Shown here: one piece after another, positions 27,754-36,454 of the stretch
Layout: each line of letters starts with the position of its first letter
Numbering within the stretch: the stretch's first letter is position 1
From: Polyangiales bacterium
GTDB taxonomy: Bacteria > Myxococcota_A > Polyangia > Polyangiales > Polyangiaceae
DNA length: 64,000 nt
Direction of reading: 5' to 3'
Assembly: GCA_038231275.1 (NCBI GenBank)
Contig: JBBRLQ010000013.1
Coordinates: 1 to 64,000 of the forward strand
Notes under the pieces: model-generated
The model's database searches: none
What the model was told of the DNA's origin: nothing
What the model saw: the letters and a program-made list of their open reading frames with translations, nothing else
Position numbers and translations under genes: made by a program

Positions 27754-28242
27754 CTACTTCTTGCAGTATCCCTGGTTGTTGCAGACGCCGCTGAACGGGG
27801 CGACGCACACCGTGCCGGCGTTGGCCTGCGTGCAGTGCAGCGAGCAGTAGCTTCCCTGCCCGCCCATGAAGCACGCGTTGCTCTCGCACTCGGCGTCACC
27901 GCCGCAGTCCGCGAGCGCCGGCTTCTTCCCGCCGTCGCCACCGGAATCGTTGCCCGCGTCGCCGCTGGTTCCACTGGCGCCGCTCGTTCCGCTGGCGCCG
28001 CTCGTTCCGCTCGTTCCGCTCGTTCCGCTCGTTCCGCTCGTCCCGCTGGCGCCACTCGTTCCGCTCGTTCCGCTGGCGCCGCTCGTTCCGCTTGTCCCGC
28101 TGGCGCCGCTCGTTCCGCTCGAGCCGCCGTCGTCGGTCGTCCCGCCACTCGACGACGTCGACGAGCTACCGCTGCAACCCGCGGCGATGACGAGCACCGC
28201 CGCGCACGACGAGACGAGCCCAGCCGAAATCCAACGGTTCAT
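27754..28242 (-). CDS. Lipoprotein with (SGT/SGA)n linker and 8-Cys C-terminal domain
   Basis: Lipobox AAGC; 9-bp tandem repeats; C-terminal Cys cluster. Confidence 0.75.
   Translation of the reverse strand: MNRWISAGLVSSCAAVLVIAAGCSGSSSTSSSGGTTDDGGSSGTSGASGTSGTSGASGTSGTSGASGTSGTSGTSGTSGTSGASGTSGASGTSGDAGNDSGGDGGKKPALADCGGDAECESNACFMGGQGSYCSLHCTQANAGTVCVAPFSGVCNNQGYCKK
27962..28120 (-). repeat. 9-bp coding tandem repeat (plus strand CCGCTCGTT / CCGCTGGCG) encoding SGT/SGA
   Basis: Visible directly as repeated ccgctcgtt units. Confidence 0.9.
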
Positions 28243-28277
28243 GGGAATGAGTGTGGCCCGATTCTCCGCAGATCCGC

Positions 28278-28302
28278 GGTTACACTATTGTCACACGGGT
28301 GA
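28278..28302 (-). promoter_or_regulatory. Pho-box-like motif, near-identical to 47502-47526
   Basis: Minus strand TCACCCGTGTGACAATAGTGTAACC, ending 35 nt upstream of ATG 28242. Confidence 0.75.
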
Positions 28303-29445
28303 TTTGTCCGTGTCGGTGTCGGTCGGCGGATGTGACCTGCGCGCGCGGCGGCGGAGCGCGTAGAGAAAGACGAGCGCGGCGGCGGCCATCGCGACACCGA
28401 ACCACCACGCGCGCGAGGCAGGCGGGGCGCTCGCGGCGCGGGCGAACTGCGGGGCGACGTACGAAGCGGTGTCGAGGCCTGCGAGGCTGGGCGTCGGGCG
28501 ACCGGACGGAAAGAAGAGCAGCGACGTCGCGAAGCCGGCGGCGGAGACCTCGGGCGTCGCAGGGATCGCCGGCGCGTAGAGATCGACGATCGTGCGCACG
28601 TGACGAGGATCGAGCGCGGGCAGCTCGCGCCCGAGCGCGGCGGCGGACGCGGCTTGATCTTGATGAATCAGGCGCTCTGCTCGCGCGATCGCGCGCGCCA
28701 TTGCCGCCGCGGTCGCCGGGCTCGCCTCCGCGAACGCGCGCGTGAAGACGAGCGCGTGGATTTGACGCTCGGCGAGAACCGGCACCTCGCCGCCGGAGAT
28801 GTTGACGAGGAGCCGCGCGCCTTGCTCGACGAGCGCCTTCTCGACGTACGGCGTGTGCGCGAAGAGGACATCGACCTCGCCGCGCCCGAACGCGCCATTC
28901 TGATCCTTGCCGTGGATGATGTGAACGTCGACGTCGCGATCCGCGTCGAGGCCATACGCCGCATACATCGCGCGGAGGCGCGCGGGCGGGTGCGGCGCGA
29001 TGCCGAGCTTGAGGCCCTTGAGCGCGAGGAGACGCTCGCGCACCGGGACGTCGCGCGTGAGCTTGCGCTCGTCCCACACGCGCCCGCTCACGACGACGTT
29101 GATGGGATCGTTCTTGAGGAGGTTGCAGACCAGGACGAGCGGCACCTTGGCGCCGATGAGCTCGAGGTAGACCGGCGGCGGGAGCACTGCGACGTTGGCC
29201 TCGCCGCGCTCGAAGTAGATGCGCGTCTCTTGCGGAGACGGCGGCACGACGAGCGTGACATCGACGCCCTCCTCGGCGAAAAATCCGGCCCCCTTCGCGA
29301 GCCAGAACGCCATGTATTGCAGGTTGTCGGCGTCGGGGAGGAGGACCTTCACGTCGCGGCTCGCGGCGCGCGACGAGGGCGCGACGGTGATCCCGACGAG
29401 CATAGCGACGAGCGCGAGGGCCAGCGCGACGATCCGGCGCGTCAC
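28291..29445 (-). CDS. NMT1/SsuA-family ABC substrate-binding protein with C-terminal TM anchor
   Basis: Signal peptide, WLAKGAGFFAEEGVDVTL, LKGLKLG and AFGRGEVD; hydrophobic C-terminal helix followed by RRRARR. Confidence 0.8.
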   Translation of the reverse strand: MTRRIVALALALVAMLVGITVAPSSRAASRDVKVLLPDADNLQYMAFWLAKGAGFFAEEGVDVTLVVPPSPQETRIYFERGEANVAVLPPPVYLELIGAKVPLVLVCNLLKNDPINVVVSGRVWDERKLTRDVPVRERLLALKGLKLGIAPHPPARLRAMYAAYGLDADRDVDVHIIHGKDQNGAFGRGEVDVLFAHTPYVEKALVEQGARLLVNISGGEVPVLAERQIHALVFTRAFAEASPATAAAMARAIARAERLIHQDQAASAAALGRELPALDPRHVRTIVDLYAPAIPATPEVSAAGFATSLLFFPSGRPTPSLAGLDTASYVAPQFARAASAPPASRAWWFGVAMAAAALVFLYALRRRARRSHPPTDTDTDKSPV

Positions 29446-31676
29446 TGCGCGCCTCCGGCCGCGGGAAGAGGCTGCCGCTCCCAATCCCAGCGCACGCCCA
29501 CGAGGACCTGCCGGTAGCCGCCCGTGAAGATCCCCTCGGGCCGGCGCGCCGCGATGTACGTCGCGTCCAGCGCGTTCTTGACGGTGAGGCGCACCGTGAT
29601 CCCGCTCTCCTTGTGGCGGTAGTGCACCGTCGCGTTCACGTAGTCGACCGACGGGATGATGCCGACGCGGCCCGTCGAGTCCTCGGCGACGGTGTTCGCC
29701 TCGTCCGCGTATTGTGCACTCAAATGGGTCCATGCGACCTGGCCTCCGATGCCGTTTTTGTGCTCGACGTCGACGTTGGCGCTGACGTTGTGGAGCGGCG
29801 CGTAGGGGAGGAGGTTTCCGGCGAAGGAGCCGCCCACGAACGTCGCGCGCGCGTAGGTGTGACGCGCGCCGACCTCGAGGAGCGTGGGCCAGCCGAGCGC
29901 GCGGCCGATCTGGAGCGTCGCCGCGGCTTCGGTGCCGATGTGACGGGTCTCGCCGGCATCGACCTCGCCCGAAGCGACCGCCGACGCGCCCGCGGTGTTG
30001 GCCACGACTTGGTTGGTGAACTTCGACGCGAAGAGCGTGAGCTCCGTCCGTAGCCACTTGCTCGGCGACACGCGGGCACCGATCTCCCAGTTGATGCTCT
30101 CTTCGGCGCTCACCTGGTTCGGCGTCCCCTTCGGGCTGATCGCCGCCGTGATGCGCGGCGGCGCCCAGCCAACGTGGAGCCCTGCGAAGACGTGCGCGGT
30201 GCGGGAGCCGTAAATGATGCCGATCCCGGGGATGAGCCCGTTCGACGCCGTGTCGCCGGCCGCGGAGACGTCCTGGCCGTTCACGCGCATCTGGAGCTTG
30301 TGGAACGACGCGTGCTCGAAGCGCAGCCCTGGCGTCACGAGCAGGTCCTCCTTGAACGCGATGCGATCCTGCGCGTACGCCGCCGCCGCGATCGTGCGGT
30401 GCTTCTCCTCGGCGTCGAGCGTCCCGGAGTACGACGTTGGGCTCTGCCCGGTGCGCTGCTGGTAGTGCGCCGTCTCGCCGAGCACGCGCCCGCCGTACTC
30501 CAGCGTGTGCGCGACGGGTCCGGTGTCGAAGCGCGTCTCGAACCGCGGCTCGATGCCCGCGACCTGGTAGTCGCGATCGAGCACGGCGTCCGACGGCTGG
30601 AAAAAGATCGCGGAGTTCGGCAACGACGTGTCGCCGATGACGCGATCGTAGTCCTGACCGGCGAACCCTGCGCGCACGTAGAGCTGGCGCCGCCAGATAC
30701 GATTGGTGTCGTACGCGTAGAGGAGCGTGCGGAGCTTCGTCTTCTCCCACCGTTGCTCGTGCGTGAGCGACACGTCGTACCGGCGCAGGTGCAGCTTGTC
30801 GTCGGGGGCGAGCGTGCCGCGCCGCGGCGTGTCGGCGTACATCTGGCGCGTGAGACCGACGTCGTCCGAGACCGACGCGTCGTCGTGGAATCCGAGCTTG
30901 AGGGTGGCCTCGCCGGTGTCGCTCGTGTCGAAGGCGACCTTGCCGAGCATGTTGACGGATTCGAACGCATCGTCACGAAATCCGTCACCGCGGCGATAGA
31001 GACCTTGGACCACGTAGCGCGCGGATCCGAACGTGTCGCCGTAGCTCGCGAGCGCGCGGGCGTAGCCGTATTGGCCGCCTTCGAAGTCGGCCGTGGTCGA
31101 CTGGCGGGTCGGCGGCGCGAGGCTCAAGAAATTCACGACGCCGCCGATCGTCTGCGGCCCGAAGAGGACGCTGCCGCTCCCCTTCACGACCTCGATACCG
31201 CGCATGCGCTCGATCGGCGGCGAGTAGTACATGTCCGGCTCGGCGTACGGATTGAGCGATATCGGGATGCCGTCCTCGAGGATGAGCACGTGGCGGCTGC
31301 GGCCGTTGTCGAGCCCGCGCACGCCGATGTCGAGCCGCCCGCCGCCGCCGTACTCCTGTCGCACGACGAGCCCGGGCACGCGGCGGAGCATCTCGGAGAC
31401 CTCGGTGGGCTGCGCGCGCTCGATGTCCTTCTTGCCGACGACCGTGCCGGAGCCGGGGATTCGCTGCAGAGAATCGGCCTTGTCGCCGATGACGCGAACC
31501 TCCGGGGGCTCTGATTTTTCGGCTTTCGGAGTCGGAATCGGATCCGGGGTCGGTGTCGGGGTCGGTGTCGGAGTCGGAGTCGGATCCGGGGTCGGTGTCG
31601 GATCCGCCGTCGGCTCTTGCGCGTGGGCGAGTGCGGGGAGGAGGAGCGCCGCGAGGAACGCGATGCGCCGGCTCAT
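29442..31676 (-). CDS. TonB-dependent receptor (FecA-like)
   Basis: Signal peptide, PT linker, EVRVIG TonB-box-like segment, plug LRRVPG...IGVRG...LEDGIP, IEVVKGSGSVLFGP and VKNALDATY. Confidence 0.93.
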   Translation of the reverse strand: MSRRIAFLAALLLPALAHAQEPTADPTPTPDPTPTPTPTPTPTPDPIPTPKAEKSEPPEVRVIGDKADSLQRIPGSGTVVGKKDIERAQPTEVSEMLRRVPGLVVRQEYGGGGRLDIGVRGLDNGRSRHVLILEDGIPISLNPYAEPDMYYSPPIERMRGIEVVKGSGSVLFGPQTIGGVVNFLSLAPPTRQSTTADFEGGQYGYARALASYGDTFGSARYVVQGLYRRGDGFRDDAFESVNMLGKVAFDTSDTGEATLKLGFHDDASVSDDVGLTRQMYADTPRRGTLAPDDKLHLRRYDVSLTHEQRWEKTKLRTLLYAYDTNRIWRRQLYVRAGFAGQDYDRVIGDTSLPNSAIFFQPSDAVLDRDYQVAGIEPRFETRFDTGPVAHTLEYGGRVLGETAHYQQRTGQSPTSYSGTLDAEEKHRTIAAAAYAQDRIAFKEDLLVTPGLRFEHASFHKLQMRVNGQDVSAAGDTASNGLIPGIGIIYGSRTAHVFAGLHVGWAPPRITAAISPKGTPNQVSAEESINWEIGARVSPSKWLRTELTLFASKFTNQVVANTAGASAVASGEVDAGETRHIGTEAAATLQIGRALGWPTLLEVGARHTYARATFVGGSFAGNLLPYAPLHNVSANVDVEHKNGIGGQVAWTHLSAQYADEANTVAEDSTGRVGIIPSVDYVNATVHYRHKESGITVRLTVKNALDATYIAARRPEGIFTGGYRQVLVGVRWDWERQPLPAAGGAQ

Positions 31677-32140
31677 GGGGCCTTGCAGACGCCCTGCGGG
31701 TTGCAGCCGCCCGACGGCGGCGGACACTCCGTCGGCTGCGTGCAGTGACGCGTGCAGTGCGGGCCCTTCGAGGGGAAGTTGAAGCAGAGGTTCGTGTCGC
31801 ATTGCGCGTCCGTGTCGCACGGGGACATGAACGGGAGGAGCGCGGCGGCCTCCGCTGCAGGCCCATCGGGCGCGGGGCCGTCGACCGCGGACGCCTCGCC
31901 GCCACTGCCGCCGCCGTCAGAGACACCAGGGACGGCGCCGCTGCAGTCGCACGCGCCGTAGGTCTGGCCGTCGCTCGTGCACTGCTGGAAGCCGTGCGGC
32001 GCGCCGGGACAAGCGCATGCGCGGTAGTCCTGAGGATAGCAGGGCCTGCCGTCGTCGGTACACGCCGAGGCGAGCGCGACGACGACGACGACCGCGACGA
32101 GCGCGGCGAGGACCCGGGTGCCGAGCTTCACGAGGCTCAT
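31673..32140 (-). CDS. Cys-rich lipoprotein upstream of the TBDR
   Basis: Lipobox ASAC and two Cys clusters; the start may be GTG 32131. Confidence 0.7.
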   Translation of the reverse strand: MSLVKLGTRVLAALVAVVVVVALASACTDDGRPCYPQDYRACACPGAPHGFQQCTSDGQTYGACDCSGAVPGVSDGGGSGGEASAVDGPAPDGPAAEAAALLPFMSPCDTDAQCDTNLCFNFPSKGPHCTRHCTQPTECPPPSGGCNPQGVCKAP

Positions 32141-32329
32141 CGTAGCCAACGCGCGCGCCGCCGGACTACCAAACCGGGATTCTTGCAAAGTTGTAACATC
32201 CCACTTCATGAAGTACCGGCGGCCGCGGCGCTCGCGACGTTCGCCGTCGCCGCGAAGCGCACACGCTCCGCGTCGCCAACCGAGAGTCCGCGTCGACGTG
32301 GCCACCGACGCACCGAGCGACAGGCGCGT

Positions 32330-32431
32330 TCGACACCGGTCTGGATTCACACGCAAGCGATCGCGCTCGACGCGGCGTACGTGTACTACACGGTGTCCTC
32401 CGCGAACCCGATAGGGCGCCTTCCGAAGTAG
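32330..32431 (+). pseudogene. Possible C-terminal remnant of a beta-propeller repeat gene
   Basis: ...TQAIALDAAYVYYTVSSANPIGRLPK* resembles the last blade (IAVD..xVYWT...I.K.PK) of myxobacterial propeller lipoproteins; no plausible matching upstream coding region. Confidence 0.4.
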
Positions 32432-32464
32432 GACGGCCGCGCCGCCGGTGCTAGTCTTCACCGC

Positions 32465-33034
32465 ATGGACAAGCGCCCCTCGCTTCACACCCTCGCGGCG
32501 GTCCTGACGTTCGTCTCGGCGGGCGGCGTCGTTGCGCTTTTCGCGTGCACCGATGTCGGCACGACCACGTACGGCGACCCCACGGGCCTCCGCTCGGACA
32601 ACCTGCCGGGCGAAGGCGGCACCGAGGCTGTCGTGTGCGGTGACGGCGGGAGCGGCGGCGGCGAAGGTGGAGGAGGCGCTGGCGCGTGCGCGATCTCCTT
32701 CAAGACGGACATCTACCCGAACATGACGGCGGCCGGCCCGTGGAAGTGCGCCTCGACCGGAAAATGCCACGGCGGCGGGCAAGCCCCGGCGATCGACGGG
32801 ACGTCGCCGCAGACGGTCTTGGACAGCCTGAAGAACTACTCGATCAAGGTCGGCGCCAACCCGGTCCCCTTCATCACGCAAGACGGCGGGAAGGATCCGA
32901 CCGGCTCCGCCTTCGAGTGCAACGTGACCGGGCAGTGCGGCCAAGGCATGCCGATCGCGCCGGGGATCTCGCTCACCGCGGATCAGGTCTGCCGCATCGA
33001 CGCATGGCTTCGCTGCGGCGCACCGAACAACTGA
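32465..33034 (+). CDS. Lipoprotein, cytochrome c-like with atypical CX5CH motif
   Basis: Lipobox LFAC, ISFKTDIYP, CASTGKCH, GMP and IDAWLRCGAPNN. Confidence 0.7.
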   Translation: MDKRPSLHTLAAVLTFVSAGGVVALFACTDVGTTTYGDPTGLRSDNLPGEGGTEAVVCGDGGSGGGEGGGGAGACAISFKTDIYPNMTAAGPWKCASTGKCHGGGQAPAIDGTSPQTVLDSLKNYSIKVGANPVPFITQDGGKDPTGSAFECNVTGQCGQGMPIAPGISLTADQVCRIDAWLRCGAPNN

Positions 33035-33081
33035 AGCGCGGCGTCACGCGGGGCATCGCTTCGTCGTGCGCGTGCGCGTGC

Positions 33082-33483
33082 ATGATCGCAGCGCTCGTCG
33101 ACGCGTGCAGCCCGTCGTCCAGCGGCAGCGCCGACCACGCGTGCGTCCAGGGTCTGTCGGTGACGTGCAAGCCGCTCTACGATCCGCCGACGTTCGACAC
33201 GCTCTACGCCAAGCTCTTCGTTCCGACGTGCGCGAGCGGGACAGGTACCTGCCACACGTCGGACGCCGCCAAGGGGGGCCTCGTCTTCGCCAGCCCGGAT
33301 GATGCGTACAGCCGTCTCGTGGGACAAGGACGCGTGACGCCGAACGATCCCGCCTGCAGCCTCGTCATGAAGCGCGTCAGCTCGACCGATCCGAGCTTCC
33401 ACATGCCGCCGGGCCCCACGTCGATCTCCGCGGGCGAACAGTGCACGATCGTGCAATGGATCGCAGCGGGAGCGAAGCGATGA
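33082..33483 (+). CDS. Lipoprotein, cytochrome c-like with atypical CX6CH motif
   Basis: PTFDTLY...CASGTGTCH...HMPP...IVQWIAAGA; start uncertain. Confidence 0.65.
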   Translation: MIAALVDACSPSSSGSADHACVQGLSVTCKPLYDPPTFDTLYAKLFVPTCASGTGTCHTSDAAKGGLVFASPDDAYSRLVGQGRVTPNDPACSLVMKRVSSTDPSFHMPPGPTSISAGEQCTIVQWIAAGAKR

Positions 33484-34940
33484 GGATCCGAACGCGCGCG
33501 TGGATGACCGTACTTGCCGTGATCGTCGCGATCCCGCTGGCGTGCACCACCAAGAGCGGTGACACGACGCTCACGCGCGATCAGCTGCTCGACCCGCAGA
33601 CGTGCGCGCAGTGCCACGCCAAGCACGTCGAGGAGTGGTCGGGGAGCATGCACGCGTACGCCGCGGAAGATCCGGTCTTCGTCGCGATGAACAAGCGTGG
33701 CCAGCGCGAGACCGGCGGCGCGCTCGGCGACTTCTGCGTGAAGTGCCACGCGCCGATGGCCGCGCGCGACGGGCTGACGAAGGACGGGCTGAACCTAGCC
33801 ACGGTGCCGGCGGCGCGGCGCGGAGTGACCTGCTTCTTCTGCCACACCGCCGACTCGGTCACCGGCACCCACGACGCCGCCCTCACGCTCGCCGGGGATC
33901 CGACGATGCGTGGAGAATACACGGATCCGGTGGCGAACACCGCGCACCACGCCACGTACTCCAAGCTGCACGATCGCGATCAGCTCGACTCGGCGAAGCT
34001 GTGCGGCGCGTGCCACGACATCGTCAACGGCCACGGGCAGTCGCTCGAGCGCACGCTCGCGGAGTGGCAGGCGACGGTGTTTTCGAAGGCCCCCGGCGGC
34101 GCCACGTGCGGGCAGTGCCACATGGCGCAGAGCGCGACGCTCGAGCCGATCGCGCAGGCGCCCGGGGTCTTTGCGAGGCGGCGGCACTCGCACACGTTCG
34201 CGGCGGTCGACCTCGCGCTCACCGACTTCCCGCAAGCTGCCGAGCAGAAGGCCGAGGTGCAAGCGCAGCTCGACAAGACGCTCCAGTCGGCGCTCTGCGT
34301 CGGCGCGACGGGCGCGCAGGTCAAGGTGCTCCTCGATAACGTCGCGGCGGGGCACGGCTTCCCCAGCGGCGCGGTGCAAGATCGGCGGCTGTGGGTCGAG
34401 GTCACCGCGTACGTCGGCGCCGACGTCGTCTATCGGAGCGGCGCGCCCTCCACCGACGGCACGCCCATCACGCAGTCGACCGATCCGGATCTGTGGCTGG
34501 TGCGCGACTGCATCTTCGACGGCGCCGGCAAGGAAGTGCACATGTTCTGGCAGGCCGAGCAGCTCGAGAGCAACGAGCTGCCCGGACAGGCGACCTTCGA
34601 CCAGACCGATCCGCGCTTTTACCAGACGCACATCGTGCAGACGTACCCGCGCGCAGGCGCGCTGCCAAAGTCGCCCGATCGCGTGACGATGCGCGTGCAC
34701 CTCCAGCCGATGGGGACCGACGTGCTCGACGAGCTCGTGGCGTCCGGCGATCTGGATCCTGCGGTGCGCGCGAAGATGACGACGTTCGACGTCGGGCCGC
34801 TCCTCGAGTGGACGGCGGCGAAGGCGACGGCGACGTACACCGACACGGCCGATCACCTCCAGTACGCGTGCGTGAGCGACACGAACTTCAACGTGGTGGC
34901 CGATCGCGTGCCGGCGACGAACCACACGCGTTGCAAGTAG
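33480..34940 (+). CDS. Multiheme (5 x CxxCH) cytochrome c lipoprotein, c554-like N-terminus
   Basis: CAQCH, CVKCH, CFFCH, CGACH and CGQCH; WSGSMHAYA; NVAAGHGFPSG. Confidence 0.9.
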   Translation: MRIRTRAWMTVLAVIVAIPLACTTKSGDTTLTRDQLLDPQTCAQCHAKHVEEWSGSMHAYAAEDPVFVAMNKRGQRETGGALGDFCVKCHAPMAARDGLTKDGLNLATVPAARRGVTCFFCHTADSVTGTHDAALTLAGDPTMRGEYTDPVANTAHHATYSKLHDRDQLDSAKLCGACHDIVNGHGQSLERTLAEWQATVFSKAPGGATCGQCHMAQSATLEPIAQAPGVFARRRHSHTFAAVDLALTDFPQAAEQKAEVQAQLDKTLQSALCVGATGAQVKVLLDNVAAGHGFPSGAVQDRRLWVEVTAYVGADVVYRSGAPSTDGTPITQSTDPDLWLVRDCIFDGAGKEVHMFWQAEQLESNELPGQATFDQTDPRFYQTHIVQTYPRAGALPKSPDRVTMRVHLQPMGTDVLDELVASGDLDPAVRAKMTTFDVGPLLEWTAAKATATYTDTADHLQYACVSDTNFNVVADRVPATNHTRCK

Positions 34941-34952
34941 CGCCCCGGCGCC

Positions 34953-35636
34953 ATGTTCCGAGCCCTCTACGACAGCCCGCTCCTCGATCCCCTGCTCTTC
35001 TGGATCGGCGGGGCGGCGCTCCTGCTCGCGGTCGCCCGGAGGCTGCCGCTTCTCTACGCGTACCTCGTCGCGTTCGGGCTCTCCATCCTCGCCGACGCGA
35101 CCCTGACCGGCCCGTGGTCGCCGATCGCGCCGGGGTCGCGCGTGGCCACCGTGGCCTCCGTCCTCTTCGTGATCCTCGGGGATTTACGGTATTTCGTCGT
35201 CCTCGCGCGGGCGCGCGCGACCGGCGCGTCGATCGCGAAGTCGGGGTGGCTCATGGCGATCGGGACGTCGCTGATCGTGCCGATCCTGTCGTTCGCGGCG
35301 GGCGAAGCGTTTCCCGCGGCCTTCGCGAACGGGCGCGTGCAGTTCCTCGCGTACGAGCTCGCCTTCTTCGCGCTCGTCCTGACGCTCCGCGTGGGCGCGC
35401 GACGGCTCGCGCCGGGAGGTGCCGCGTACGCGCGATGGGCGGCGCGGACGAGCGACTTCGAGCTCTGCCAATACGGGCTATGGGCACTCGCGGACGTGGT
35501 CGTCCTTTCCGGCTACGATGCCGGCTTCCTCCTCCGCGTGGTCCCCAACGTCATGTACTACGTCCTCTTCCTCCCCTTCGTCGCGTGGACCGCGCCGCGC
35601 GAGCTCGCCGAGCCATGGCACGGGGCGCGCGCGTAG
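34953..35636 (+). CDS. Hypothetical integral membrane protein
   Basis: About 7 hydrophobic segments; in the operon between two cytochrome genes. Confidence 0.75.
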   Translation: MFRALYDSPLLDPLLFWIGGAALLLAVARRLPLLYAYLVAFGLSILADATLTGPWSPIAPGSRVATVASVLFVILGDLRYFVVLARARATGASIAKSGWLMAIGTSLIVPILSFAAGEAFPAAFANGRVQFLAYELAFFALVLTLRVGARRLAPGGAAYARWAARTSDFELCQYGLWALADVVVLSGYDAGFLLRVVPNVMYYVLFLPFVAWTAPRELAEPWHGARA

Positions 35637-36454
35637 CGGCCGGCGTCGTCGCGGTCCTCGCGGTGATCGCATGCCGCGACGCCCGCAAGGACGGCGACGC
35701 GCGCTTGTCGTTCGAGAAGGACGGCGCGCAAGTGAAGACGCTCTCGCTGGCCGAGCTGAAGGACGTGCCGGTCGAGACGTTCACCGCCTACGATCCGTAC
35801 TACGCCAAGAAGAAGACGTACCGCGCGCTGCCGCTTCGCGCCGTGCTCGAGCGCGCGTTCGGGGCCAGCAGCGCGCCGCTCGAGGCGCAGGCGTACGTGC
35901 TGCGTGCGAAGGACGGGTACACCGTTCCGCTCTCGGGCGCGCGCCTCCTCGAGCCTGGCGGGTACATCGCGATCGCCGACGTCGACGTGCCGGGGTGGGA
36001 GCCGATCGGACCGCAGCAGGTGAGCCCCGCTCCCTTCTACGTCGTGTGGCGCAACGACGATCAGCAAAACATGAGCACGCACCCGCGCCCCTGGCAGCTC
36101 GCGACGATCGCGATCGCGCGCTTCGAGGACTCGTTCCCGCACGCGGTGCCCACCGGCGAAGCGCCGGGATCGCCGGCGATGCGCGGCCTCGCGACGTTCC
36201 GTGCACAATGCATTCATTGCCACGCGATCAACCGCGAGGGGGGGCGCGTCGGACCGGATCTCAACCTGCCGATGAACGTCCTCGAATACCGGCCCGAGGC
36301 GCAGGTGCGCGCGTACATCAAGAACCCGCTCGCGTTTCGCTACGGCAACATGCCGGCGCACCCGGGCCTCACCGAGGGCGACCTCGACGACCTCGTGGCG
36401 TACCTTCGCGCGATGAAGGACCGGAAGCACGAGCCGGACGCGGGGGCGCATTGA
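35615..36454 (+). CDS. Lipoprotein: Moco-binding-like (oxidored_molyb) domain fused to monoheme cytochrome c
   Basis: TLSLAEL...YRALPLRAVL...LRAKDGY...PFYVVW...PWQLATI, then CIHCH, VGPDL and GNMP. Confidence 0.75.
   Translation: MARGARVAAGVVAVLAVIACRDARKDGDARLSFEKDGAQVKTLSLAELKDVPVETFTAYDPYYAKKKTYRALPLRAVLERAFGASSAPLEAQAYVLRAKDGYTVPLSGARLLEPGGYIAIADVDVPGWEPIGPQQVSPAPFYVVWRNDDQQNMSTHPRPWQLATIAIARFEDSFPHAVPTGEAPGSPAMRGLATFRAQCIHCHAINREGGRVGPDLNLPMNVLEYRPEAQVRAYIKNPLAFRYGNMPAHPGLTEGDLDDLVAYLRAMKDRKHEPDAGAH

Noticed and set aside
31520..31610. PT repeats in the TBDRs and SGT/TSSGG repeats as mobile or regulatory repeats
   Set aside because: They are in-frame low-complexity protein linkers.
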